Below are positions 38,151 to 50,601 of a stretch of DNA of 64,000 bases, piece after piece (the stretch's first letter is position 1; each line of letters opens with the position of its first letter). Position numbers and translations under genes: made by a program. The DNA comes from Camelus dromedarius (Eukaryota), in assembly GCF_036321535.1 (NCBI RefSeq), contig NC_087436.1:21392001-21456000 (forward strand), written 5' to 3'. The notes under the pieces are model-generated. The model was given only the letters and a program-made list of their open reading frames with translations. It made no database searches and had not been told where the DNA came from.

Positions 38151-41100
38151 GGTTTTATACAGGGCAGCAGGGGAAGAGAAAATTGTCATTGTATGGTACA
38201 TTAGCAAGTTATGTGAGTAAGGTCTTCACACACTTGAGATCTTTAGTTAGACGTGGGTCTCTGATTCCATGAGACTCAAACCCCTAGAGATAGATAACGT
38301 ACCCTTCTTGGCCACAAGAGAATGATAATGCCTTTGAGGAGAGCAAAATTCAGAGGTCCAAGGGCCAGCTGATTTTAAAACTGGCCTCAAAACTTGTTTC
38401 CCTCATTTATCTCCTTTTTTTTTTTTTTTCCATTGCTAATTCCAATTCAGCCTGTATTCTGTCGTTTGGCCAATTCATGCCAAGGCTGTTATAGTACTAC
38501 CTTATTATTTCTTCCCATAGCATAAAGCTCATAGAACAGAATTATTTCTGTGGTAAACACACTTAAGACCTCCCTAAACACTGGTATTTTAAAAAGGTCT
38601 AGCCAGAAAGTCATAGAACGGAGAGACACTGTTGATTAAAAACACTTTATACCAATGGGCAGAATTTATTTGCACTTACTATCTGGTTAGGTAAAAGGTT
38701 ATTTCTTTAGAAAACCTGAAAAAATTTTCTGTTATTTAAAAATTTAGTATGTTTATTAAAATTTTTAAAAATAAAGAAAGAAAAACTGAAAAAATACAAT
38801 TACATATACATGATACAAAATTTTTAAAATGCTCCCAAAATACTGTAAAAAACAAGTCTCCCTTCTGGGGAGGTTTCTCCCCAGATTTCTCCCTGGAAAC
38901 ATCAAAGCTAACAGTTTATTGTGTGTTCCTTCCAGAGATATTCTAAATATATTTGCAGAAAACATGATTATATATCACCAATGGTAGTAAATCAAATATG
39001 ATTATTGAGTAATCCTTAACTTTCCCTAATCTGTGACTTCTTTGGGCTCCTTTTAACTTCTGGACTATTATTTACACAGCCAGCACAGAAAAACAGTTCT
39101 GAAAAAATCTTTGCCTCACGTTTATTTCTTCTTTGGCTTTGAAAAATTGTTTCTTGATTTTGACAACTCTAGCAATTTCATTTTTTTCCAGATGGATAAT
39201 CACAGGACTGAGTAAATAAGAATTTAAACTAATCGTGCACGAGTTCACTGATGGATTTCAGTGAACATTTTGCTTTGGGTTCCATCAGTGTCCTAAAAGT
39301 GATGTTTAAAAACAATAAAACTAGGCAATCCTGCTTTTGCCTCTTGTCTCCCTAGTTTCAGAATCGTGAGTTTTAATGAAGACCAAACCATGGGGATTTT
39401 TGATAAAAAGGAATCTTGACTTAAATGACAGTGTGTTAGATCAACCACTGCAGGAAGATCAGAGATGGGAGGAGAGGTAGGAGAGAGGGAGTGTGGGAGG
39501 GCGTCACTCCCTTCACAAGCCCATTCCTTCCCAGGTCCTGTGTTCTAGCTTCTCTTCTTAACATCTTTCTATGGGGAATGGGCCATGCTTGTCCACTGCC
39601 CAGCTTTCCAACAGCCTTTGGAGGGAGGCTCTCAGCAATGGTAGCTGCTTAAAGAAAGACTAAATCATTCGAGTTTGAGAGTTGGCAGGTTTAGGTTCAT
39701 ACCACATGCATAATATAAGCTATTTATATCAACCAACAATTATACATATAGCTAGATCAATTATCAAAATGTATATATTAAAAATGTTAAATAATATTTT
39801 ATATAAAACTATACTTCAAGGTATGAAGTAAAAATCATAAAAACCTAGCAGCAGCCCTCAGGCCTGCAACCCCATCTCTTTTTCCCTCTTTATTTCCTTT
39901 TCCTCTCCTCACTCTCTTTCTTCTCTAGTTCAGCTAGTCCCTAAGAAACAGTCATTCCATCCTCAGGCACAAGTCAGATCTAAAGCTGGCCTCAGGCCCA
40001 GCCAACTCCATGCTGTCTCCTTCCAGGAGGAAGACCAGGCTACACTTACTAAAGAAAGTAGGTGAATCTTCTCGGAAGAGTCACGGGCAGAACAGCTAAC
40101 CAAATTAAATAGAGGCCATAAAAATGCATCGTTCTGAAGGCCAAAGAGTCCAAGAATGGAATAAATGCCAAAACGGATCCATGTAAGTTTAAAAGTAACT
40201 AAAATTGCTAAAAAAATTAATATTGCCCTGTGGCTTTTGACTCTGCCTGATAATGAAATAGATTAAGGCTCAAGTGGGCCAAAGACTTTTTCCTCATTTA
40301 ATAAAAAATCTAGTGCCTGTTCTACCCAAATTGAAATTTTCACACATTATCTTATTCTGTTATTCGAAGTGCTGTCGCCTTGTAAATTCTATAATATATG
40401 ATATAATACAATATAGTAAATAATATAACATATACATTAGTATAAAATTACTCTTATCTGTAAGTCCTAATTCCAGATTTCTAGAAAGGAAATTAGTTCA
40501 TCTTGGGTGGAATGTCAGTTCTTGGCCCAGTTATGACCAGGTTCTTCGTTGGGTACACCTCCCTGAAAGTATGAAGTTCTTCCACCCACTTGTCCTAATG
40601 CAGACCATCCAGACACTTTTTGACCAATGATGTCTATCAGCTTCTTCAAGACTCATAATTCTGGGCTCTTGGAAAATGACCCTGCCCAGCACACCCTTGT
40701 ATTCAGTTCCATGTGCATCTAGTGCCTATGAAATGTCAGGTGGTACAATGGACATTGGGAGGGAAAGATAAAGGCATTCTTTCAGAGGGAATTCAGTCTA
40801 GTTGCAGACAACCATATTCCCAAATATACAGAATTAACAATAGGCTGTCCTCATGTACTTAACACTTTAATAAAGATTGTGTTAAATGTAACTTTTTGGG
40901 GGACACTTTAATGGCAAAAAAAAAAATCACATTAGTCAATTTATTTAAAGTATGAAAATTAAAAACTCTCCACTTAGAAATACTGTGAGGAGAATAGACA
41001 TGTGATTTCTTGTTAGCAGCTCTCTCAAATTTCTATGGAAAGAATAAAATAACTGACTAATGTAAAGCTTCAGGGTTATCACTTGTCTTGCCAACTACGA

Positions 41101-42486
41101 TCATACATTTTTTAAAAATGAAGCCCCCCTTTATAAACAACACTATTATTTTCATTGCTCTTCCTTAAAACCAAACCTCCAGTGTACTGAGTGTTCTTAA
41201 CTGACACTGCATTACCTAGAAAATAGAGATGTGGATTATTTAAGGCAGTTATTCTGAGTCAATAGTAGATCTGGAAAGACAACATATTTGCCAGATGGCA
41301 GCCAATCTATTATTTTGTCTCTAGTATTTAACACAAACTTAGCCCTTTGTATACTTTTAAGTGTCTAACCATGATGTTCCAACAAGGGATAGTGGAATAT
41401 TCAAGAACTGTTCCAGACAATTGCCGACCTGTTTATATTGGCAGCCGGTGTCCTGGCTGAAGACACAATACAGTATTCTGGGCAGTCACTTCCCAAAGCA
41501 AGATTCTTAGTTTAGTTTGGGATGTTTTCTCTAATACTGTTTTGTTGGGATTTAGGCATGGGCAGTGGCGACTGGGAGGCAAGTTTTGTATTTCTATCAT
41601 TATTATTATTTTACTTTTTGTTTTGTGTTCATCTTAGCCATGGGTGACGACAGTAATAAACTGGTCTCTGACCATTGGCTAATTTGATTATGCAATTGCT
41701 TCTGTTGTTACCGAAAGCTGAGAGGGGGGAAATTATCCAAGGCAAGAAATTATTCAGCAGGGACATACAGAAGTGTACCATCAATTACAACAGCAAATTA
41801 CTTTTCCATGTTTTGAACCTAGATTTCAATATTTTCCTCATTAACTCTGGACCATGTTTGAGAACAAACTGCTCCAGACAGAACCAAATTAAGTTCAAGC
41901 CTGTCCTTCATACCTGAAAATGATGGAGTTCTCTGGAAATATAAGCTGTCAAAAAATGCAGCATGAGTATTATTTATAAACATGTGCCTTGGAATTAGCC
42001 AAGTGTAGATCATTCTGGAGACACTGAACAGCAGCAGTGCTCTCCACTAGGATGTTGTGATTTTGGTATCAAGATCACATACCACAAGGCAGACATCGTG
42101 GAAAATATTCACTTCTGTTATTGTCTGTTTAAAGAAACTGGGTAAGTGCTAGGAAGTTGAGGACATACAACCCCAAACCCAAGAAATAAAAATAAACTTA
42201 AGAAGACAAGATGTTCTAAAAGGGTAAATAAACATTATGAGTTATTTCCTTTCTGATAGCCATGGACAGACTGGTTAATAAGTGGTCAACAGGAACAACA
42301 TTAAAATAAGTCTGTTGCTCTGTTGCCTTAATAATGGGGAAGTTAATAATGTTATAAGTTCCTCTTTCAGAAGTCATATATGGTCCATCCTCCGAGTAGA
42401 AATGAGCCTGAAATTTCTAGGAAGATAGGCACCCAGAAGTTTTTTCTTAAATATTTCCTTTTATTCCATAATTAGAGAATAGACAT

Positions 42487-42880
42487 ATTTTTTAAATTGA
42501 ATTATAGTTGATTTACAATGTTGTATTAGTTTCTGGTATACAGCATTGTGATTCAGTTATACATATATATATATATTCTTTTTCATTACAGGTTATTACA
42601 ATATAGTTCCCTTTTTTATACAGTAGGACCTTGTTTATCTGTTTTATATATAGTAGTCTGTATCTGCAAATCCCATACTTCTAATTTATCCCTCCCCACC
42701 TTCCCTTTGGTAACCATAATTTTTTTCCTGTGTCTATGAGTCTGTTTCTGGTTTTGTAAATAAGTTCATTTGTGTCATTTTTTAAGATTCTATATGTAAG
42801 TGATATCATATGATATTTGTCTTTCTTTGTCTGACTTACTTCACTAGTGTGATAATCTCTAGGTCCATCCATGTTGCTGC
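42487..42880 (-). mobile_element. Cetartiodactyl L1 3' end
   Basis: ATTGAATTATAGTTGATTTACAATGTTGTATTAG...GGTCCATCCATGTTGCTGC. Confidence 0.88.
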
Positions 42881-42994
42881 CTATGTGTTTAATTTTTTAT
42901 AAGGGTACCCAGATGTTGGGTACTTAGGATGGGAAGGTGGCATAAAATTACAAAATATAGTTTACCACCACTATGGTTCATTACTATTATTTAG

Positions 42995-43092
42995 AGTTGT
43001 GCTGTTCATTATGGGAGCCGTGAGCCACATGGGGCCATTGACCACTTGAAATGTGGTTAGTGCATCTGAAGAACTGATATTTTAATTGAAAA
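42995..43092. mobile_element. MER3/MER33-like fragment
   Basis: AGCCACATGGGGCCATTGACCACTTGAAATGTGGTTAGTGC. Confidence 0.6.
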
Positions 43093-44442
43093 TTTAAAAT
43101 AGGTACTCAATTTAGATATATGCAAACAATTTATTTTTAGTCTTTCCACTTTTCTCCGACTCTCTTAGTTTAAGCTCATCATCCATCCCTGGGGTTCCTG
43201 GAGTAGCTTCTTAACTGCTTTCTGGCCTCTGGTCTTACACTCTGCCAGGCTACTCTTAAAAAAAAACTGCCAGTTATAATGAAGATTTTCAATATTTTTT
43301 TGAAGTATAAAAGATATACAGAAAAGTACAAAATTGTAAGTATACAGTTTGATATGTTATAATGTGAACACAGCTGGTAAATGAACAACTAGGTGAAAAA
43401 TAGAGCATTAACTGTATCGCAAATGTCCCCATTCATGATCCTTTCTGATTGCTTCCCCCTCCGTTTCTCTAAAGGTAGCACCCATACTTCCTACATCCAC
43501 AAACTGCCTGTTTTATGTAAATGGTTTGCTTTCCTTAAATTATGTTTGTGGAATTCATCCTTCTTGTAATGTATATCTGGAGTTCATTTCCACTGCTGTA
43601 TAGGAATTTAACATACTATATACCATAATTTATCTAGTCTATTCTTCATAGACACTTTAAGTTGTAGGCCATTATTAATAATACTACATTGAACCTTTAA
43701 AAATGTGTTTTGTGAATACGTTTCTATAGGATCTATTCCTAGTGAGTGAGTTACTGGATAGTAGAATATGCATGGGTCCAGTTTTCAAGGATAACTGTCA
43801 TTTTTCCAAAGTAGTTTTATCAATCCACACTCCTGTAGGTAGTGTATGAGACTTTACAATCTGCAGCCTCATCAGGATTTGATACTGTCAATCTTTTTAA
43901 ACTTAATTCATCTTATATAAAAGTGCTGTGGTTTTATTTGTATTTTCTGATGATTAATGAAGATCCGTATCTTTTTGTATGTTTATTAGAAAGTTGTTCT
44001 TATGAAGTTCCTGCTTCTCTTTTCCTCATTTTCTTGCAGACTATCTTATTTTTTTATTTTTTGATTTATAGCAGTTCTTTATATATTCACTTATGAGTTG
44101 CAAATATCTTCCACTCCATGATTTTTTCATTCTGAATGGTGTCTTTGAGGAACAGAAGTTTTTCATTTTATGTAATCCATTTTACCACTGCTTTCCTTCA
44201 TGACAAGGGCTTTTTGGATCCTATTTAAGAAATCTTTCCATATTCCTAGGTTTTGAAGATATTCTGCCAAGTAATCTTTTAGAGTGTTAATTTGCCTTTC
44301 AGTTTAGATTTACAATCCATCTGAAAATACATTTTTGTATGCACTGTAAGAGCTGAATTTCTTTTATTTTATATGATTATCCAATTGCCCCATATGATTT
44401 ATTGAAAAGCCCATCCTCACTAGCTAAAGTGCTACCTTTGTC

Positions 44443-44545
44443 TATTGTGACCAGCTCATTCCAATTTTCTTGGTTTTAGTTCTGAAAGATCTATATCATG
44501 GGAACAGCCTCAGGCTCAGGCAGACTAGGACGGATGGTCATCTTA
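44443..44545. mobile_element. MER81-like hAT-Blackjack MITE
   Basis: Termini TGTGACCAGCTCATTCC / GGACGGATGGTCATCTTA. Confidence 0.5.
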
Positions 44546-44646
44546 CTTTTGTCATAAATCATGTATGTGTAAGTTTGGGTCTATTTCTGGATTCACTTTT
44601 CTTTCCTGAACAGAGATGATAACCCACTCTGTCCTAATTAGTTTTG

Positions 44647-44775
44647 GCTTGTTTTGTTTGTTGTATGAGGGGGTTGTAATTGGGTTTATTTAGTTATTTC
44701 CATTTGGAAGAGGTGCTGGGGATTGAACCTGGGACCTCGTGTGTGCTCTACCACTTGAGCTATACCCTCCCCCCA
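44647..44775 (-). mobile_element. Camelid tRNA-derived SINE, long form, with an internal deletion
   Basis: GGTGCTGGGGATTGAACCTGGG...CTCTACCACTTGAGCTATACCCTCCCCC. Perfect 15-bp TSD TCCTAATTAGTTTTG at 44632-44646 and 44776-44790. Confidence 0.88.
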
Positions 44776-45789
44776 TCCTAATTAGTTTTGTAATAAGCCT
44801 TGTTATCCTGTAAAGAAAGGCATCCTACCTTGTTCATTTCCAAGAGTCTTGGCTATTGTTAGAATTTTTTCATTTCCATCTTATAATCAGCTTCTCAATA
44901 TAAATAAAAAATCCAAGATTGGAAATGCATTGATTCTTTAGGCCAGTGTGAGGAAAATTAGATATTTATAATATTGAGCTTTCTAAACCGATTTATTTAG
45001 GTCTTCTTTACTTTCTTAAACAATGTTTTGTAGTATTCTGTGTGGAGGTCTTGTGTATGTTACGTTTTTAAGAAATTGATCTTGAAAATATGATGGTATA
45101 TATAATCACTCAATTTTATATTCTAATACTTGTTCCCGATATCCAGATATACATTTGAATTTTGTATACTGGCTTTATATTCAGGGAACATGCTAAACTC
45201 ACCTATTGATTTTAAAAGTTTGTATGTTAAGTTTAACATTCTTAATTATTTTGGATTTTCTACACAAACAGGTGGCTGGCTCCTAGGCTGTGTTTGCCAA
45301 ACCCTGCTTTAGTCCATGTGTATGCTTCTTTTCCTGGAAGGGAGTCTCGTCTGTCTGCATGGTATGCTGGGCGCATGGGGGATGCGACAGGAGGCCCAAA
45401 TCACTGCTCTTGGGCACAGTGTGAGTCTCGAGCTTTCCAAAGCTGTCTCTACTTTCCTGGATATTGAGTCAATGGTGCCAAATCTGTTTCCAGCACCCTT
45501 CATTTCTTTGTGTAGATCCAAGTTTCCATCTGGGATCATGTTCCTTCAGCCTGAAGAATTTTCTTTAACATACCACGTAGTCCAAATATTCGAGGAAAAA
45601 ATTCTCAGCTTTTGTCTAAGAATTTTTTTCACTCTCACGTTGAATGACATCTTTGCTGGTATAATATAGCAAATGTTTACTACGTAGGCAGTTTTTCCTT
45701 CCTGCACTTTGTAGATGTCATTCCATTGCCTTCTAGCTTGCATATTTTTTAATAAGAAGACTGCTGTCTTCTGTTTTTCTTTATCAGAA

Positions 45790-46000
45790 ATCAAACTTTT
45801 TCAGTGAAGTACTCTAGTAAATATTTTTGGCTTTGCAGGCCAAATAGTCTGTCACAACTACTCAACTCTGCCATTCTAGTGAAATAAACGCCATAGACAA
45901 TAGGTAAGCAAATAGGTGTGTCAGTGTCCAGTAACTTTCTTTATGAAAAAACAGGAGGCAAGATAGATTTGACTTGAGGGCTGTATATAGTGTGTGAATC
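45790..46000. mobile_element. MER58A-like element
   Basis: CAAACTTTTTCAGTGAAG...GGCTTTGCAGGCCA...ACAACTACTCAACTCTGCCATT. Confidence 0.7.
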
Positions 46001-46254
46001 TCTGTTTCTCCAGTTGCTTTTAACAGTTTCTCTTTATCACTGTTTTTAATGAATTCAATTATCATATGCCTTGGTATGATTTCCTTTGGAAATCCATTTC
46101 TTTATTCATTTTGTCTTGGACTTTCCATTTCTTGGAATTTCCTTTTTTTTTTTCATTTTGTCCATATTTTTCTTTATATTCTTTTAAGCTGCTAGTTTGT
46201 CAGTTCCTTCCTTTCCATAATTTCTGAATCGGCATTTTTTTCTTTCTACTTTTA

Positions 46255-46400
46255 AAAAATTGAAGTATAGTCATTTTATAATGTGTCAATTTCTGGTATA
46301 TGGCACAATGCTTCACTCATACATAAATATACATATATTTGTTTTCATATTTTCACCATAAGCTACTATAAGTTATCGAATATAGCTCCCTGTGCTATAC
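46255..46400 (-). mobile_element. Camelid-type L1 3' terminus
   Basis: ATTGAAGTATAGTCATTTTATAATGTGTCAATTTCTGG...CTCCCTGTGCTATAC. Confidence 0.8.
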
Positions 46401-47444
46401 TGAATCTGTTTCTATTGACTGTTTTTTCTCCTAAGTATGTCATATTTTCTTCCTTTGAATGCCTGATAATTTTTGATCAGATCCTGAATATTGTGTATTT
46501 GTTAAATGCTGGGTTTGTTGTATTCCTTTAGAGTATTGGACTTTGTTCTGCATGCAGTTGAATTACTTATAGATGACTTTGATCATTTCAAGGCCCGCTT
46601 TTAATTTTCCCTGTAGGTAATGCTCTAGGGCTAATTTAGCTCCATTACTAAGCCATGGTCTTTTTAAGGAGCACAAGACACAACCCAGGATAAAAGGGAA
46701 GACTAGTCAGTTTGGGAGGCCAGTATGAGATATACTTGAACATATTGCCTGGTGAGCTGGAATTAGTCAAATGAAAGCAGGAAGGGAGAAGTGGGGTGTG
46801 GGTAATGGTATGCTATACTGGGATTTGCATGTGTAGAAGCCTAGAGATGGCAAGTACATGATGTTGTCTGAATAAGGACTATGCGAGGTCCAGTATAACT
46901 TTGGAGGACAGAAAGGGAAGAATGAAGAGATGAGGCTGGTAAAGTAAGCAGTGATTTAACTGGTGCAGCAAATGAGCTTGCTAAGAACCACATTTCTTAA
47001 CCATTTAGATCACTATCTACAAGTTTTTACAAAGCAAATCTCACTTTTTTGGAATCATGTTTGGAGTGCAAAAGAATAAGTGAAACAGATTATAGAATTT
47101 TATTTCATAATTTTTTTTGCAAGCTTTTTTAAACATGTAATTTGCTTAAGTCTTTTGTTCATATTTTTCTCCTACTTGTTACTGTCCCTCTGTTAGAGCA
47201 TTGACTTTGGAGTTCTGAAGGCCTGGATTAAAATCTCAATTCTGATTTTTTAGCTGCATGATTTTGAGCAAATTTCTTAAACAGTCTTTCTTTATCCATA
47301 AAGGCGTAAGGGAGGGGAAAGGTATAAACTCACAGGGCTGACATAAGTTAAAAAGACATATAAATATCTGTGTCCAGCACATGACAGACAGCCAGCATAT
47401 TAGTATCCTTGGATAAAAGCCCTAGGGAAAACAGCTCCTTTTCT

Positions 47445-47625
47445 AGCCCAGAAGTTCTCAACTGAGGCAGCACATTAAAATCATGTGAGAACTTTAAAAA
47501 ATATTGATGCTCAGTCCCCATGTAGTTTAACTGGTCTTGGGGGGGAGTCTGATATTATTTTTCAAAACTTTTCCAAGTGATTCTAACATAATCACTTCAA
47601 CCAGCGGTTGAAGCCGCTGGTCTAG
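47445..47625. mobile_element. MER5-like MITE
   Basis: GTTCTCAACTGAGGCAGCACATTAAAATCA...CCAAGTGATTCTAA. Confidence 0.6.
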
Positions 47626-47658
47626 CCAGGGAAGGCTAACCTTTTCATCTCTCTGAAA

Positions 47659-47661
<3 letters not shown>

Positions 47662-47696
<35 letters not shown>

Positions 47697-47733
47697 TGTG
47701 TGTGTGTGCGTATGTGTGTGTGTGTGTGTGTGT
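47662..47733. repeat. Compound (TG)n/(CG)n microsatellite, 72 bp of uninterrupted purine-pyrimidine alternation
   Basis: Read directly. Confidence 0.97.
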
Positions 47734-47767
47734 CTGTCTAGCACACAAAGCAAAACTTGAAAACATA

Positions 47768-47773
47768 TTTATT
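47768..47773 (-). terminator. Candidate distal poly(A) signal AATAAA
   Basis: Followed on the minus strand by GTTTTCAAGTTTTGCTTTGTGTG (U/GU-rich). Repeats resume immediately beyond. Confidence 0.45.
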
Positions 47774-48050
47774 AAGAGAAAAACAACTGCAGGCCATAAC
47801 TGACACTGATGAGAGCTGGCTACACACTTGGCTGACTTCTTAGATTCTATTTTTAATGTTAAATCCACACTGGTTATGTAACACTGAGGCTAAAAGTTTT
47901 ACATAACAAATCCCTTTGAATTTGTAAAACCCAGATTTGTTTTGTTGAATAAAAATCTTTATCTCTTAAAAATTATTTCTTTAGCAAAATTTCTTTTTAT
48001 ACAGGAAAAGCTGCTGTTGCTTTTTAAGTCAGCCTTTTTTCCAAGCACTG

Positions 48051-48056
48051 TTTATT
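48051..48056 (-). terminator. Candidate distal poly(A) signal AATAAA
   Basis: Canonical hexamer about 3.6 kb after the stop codon. Confidence 0.45.
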
Positions 48057-50595
48057 TTGAATCCTTGTTTTTTTCAAATCCCTCATTCATTTTGAGTTTC
48101 ATTCACTCCCAAAAAGGACTCTGTAAGAAAATTAACTTAATAAAACAAAATAAGGCTAGCTCTATGATGATATGACAGTTTGGTAAATGCCTAAGAATAT
48201 ATATGTATATGGAACAGCTTATATTTTAGACTTATTTTTAAAGCTTCTTTGGGGTAACTTTAAATTCATATTTCCTTGCTTTCACTTTAAACCTGTTTGT
48301 TACAGGATCACATTATCCAAAGTTTAACCTTATTCTTGTAGATTGTATTACTGAATTACTAATAAGTTAACATTTCCTAGTAAGTTTTCATAAGCTGAGA
48401 AGAACTTATCCTTTACTTCCGGAATATTTAGTTTTAGAAACCTAATCTTATTAGGAAAAAACAGAGGGTAAAAGGATATACAAAGTACAACACCTTTATG
48501 AGGAAAAATACCATATGTAAATGTAAAACATTATTTCCTCTGTTTTAGCTCTCTTGGTATAGAGTATATTGTGTGGAGTACACAATAGGAAAAGATACAC
48601 TAGGAATTAAGAACTGGAACTAAGTACACAGTATCAAAATGGTCATTTCCATTAAGATCTGGGTACTAGAAAGATTATGCCAATTATGTTTAATTAAACC
48701 GGGCTGGGCACACATTAAGCATTCAATCCTCTTTCATAAGAGGGTAGCAAAAAGTACTTAAAGAGGTAGTATATGAAAAGACAAGTACTTTTGTAAATAA
48801 CATCATAAAAAGAACAGATCTAAATGAAAAAGAACATTATAGATCTGAGCTTAAGACTTACTTTTGAAATATTTTTGTTCTTTCCAAATGTGACTTAAAA
48901 ATCGGCCTTCTGAACCTGTCACAAAGTCCCCAAATACCTCTACACATTACGAGAGATCTTTATTCCTACATCCACAGGAGTCTTCTGGAAACCTAAGGTA
49001 TGGAAACAAAGGCCAGGAATCTCTAGCCCAGTGTTGCCCTACTTCTCTGGTTATTCAGCTTAAAGAGAGGTGATGGGAAGATGCCTGAAGGGAGACTGAG
49101 CTACACTCCTTTCTCCAACTCGAGCTATGGAAGTGTCACAAGCCAGTTTCACAGGCACCTGCCTAGAGGATGGGTTACCCAGGCTTACACGACCAACCAC
49201 ATTTGTATTTTCTTCTTTGTATAGCTCTCTGAAAAAAACCTCTACTGTTCTCAGGGTGCCAGTAAAGATCTTTGAGAGGAACAGGCTTAGATGCCTAGTT
49301 TTTAATTTTTGTGAGTAGTGAGACCTAATGTGCCCTTCTCAGCAAAATTAGCAGCTACATTTTAACTGATTACCTTGGATTGAACTGAAGGGAAATAGTA
49401 GTAGTACCCTAGCCAGCCTTCACAGTCAGACCCCACAACATATGCAAGAGCAAGGGTTAGGAATACGGGGAAAGGGAAGACCTAATATGACAACTAAACC
49501 AAGCTGCAGTCAAGTGATAGGGATGCTAATTACTGAGGAGGACAATCATCAGAGCAATCCTAAGTATCGGCTTATTGAAGAGGCTCAGATGGATGAATTT
49601 TTGAATGAAGCTTCTGATTATTCTGGTTCCAAGATTTCCACAGGTATAAATGCTTTAAATTCAGCAAATAATGTTACTGTGTTTTTAATCTTAAAAGGAA
49701 ATCTTTAATTTCAAGTCTTTGGTACTGGTATGAAGTTATTGAAATGTTTAATGTTATATAACTAGAACTTTATCTTTCTGTTATCATTTTGGAAAAAATT
49801 CAGTATGTATTACCTTGAGACATACGATCCTTAAATGATCATAGATAAAACTTTGGGTAGGTCTAATGGTCTTTATGGAAGTTTCCCATAGAAGCAGCTG
49901 AACCCAATATCAACTCAGCAAATATTTAATGACTTTATCAATTTTAGTAAATGCTAAGACTGATATAACCTGATTGTAAGTCATTATCTAGCCAGTGGAC
50001 AACTGAACACATTGGGTAGCTCAGACACCCACTATGAGAATAGGAAGTCACAGGAAAGGAAGTTGATAAAAGTCCTTCTGGGTCAGTGATTTATATGGAA
50101 GAGAAAGCTCAATCAATTCTGCAAAGAATTTCCAGTTTAAACGAATCCAATCAGGTTTCCTAATCTTCCTTGTGACTAGAAACAGGTTAGGAGTGGGATG
50201 CGGCGGAATGAGGATGAGGAGTTGTTTTTAACTCCTGCCATTAAAAGCTTGGGAAAAAGATAAACCCCAAATCACCAAAGGCCATTCTTTCCTTAAAATG
50301 TTTTCAAAATAAATAGGAGACCAATCTTCAGAACAATGTGCAACCATGGGTAAGTTAAAACTTTTATGAATGGGGACAACTGGGCTGACTCCTGAATACT
50401 GTGTAATCAAGACCCAGGAGCCCCAAATGGTTGCCAGTTTCCTGGCAAAAGAACATGTGGGACGGTACAGGCTGACATTTTGACATTTTATCTCAAACTG
50501 TGAAACAATTGTGCAAAACATATGACTCAAACAACAACAACAACAACAAACTCAGAAAAACCCGGATGAACGACTCTAAAAATATGTGATCAATT

Positions 50596-50601
50596 TTTAA
50601 T
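50596..50601 (-). terminator. Candidate proximal poly(A) signal ATTAAA
   Basis: Followed on the minus strand by GGGTTTTTCTGAGTTTGTTGTTGTTG..., a GU-rich downstream element. Confidence 0.5.

Larger units (their letters stand above)
43290..45270 (-). mobile_element. Ancient L1ME-type fragment hosting younger insertions
   Basis: T-rich degenerate L1 antisense motifs (TTCCAAAGTAGTTTTATCAAT, TTGCAAATATCTTC, CTATTTAAGAAATCTTT). Confidence 0.65.

Noticed and set aside
1..47700. GAB1 exons, a CpG-island promoter or a processed pseudogene in the intergenic part
   Set aside because: No CpG island or recognisable protein homology was seen. GAB1 is expected further beyond the left edge, by synteny only.
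49442..49708. 88-aa plus-strand ORF (and the similar 53490..53789)
   Set aside because: Antisense to the USP38 UTR or intron, with no recognisable homology or splice support. The length is expected by chance.
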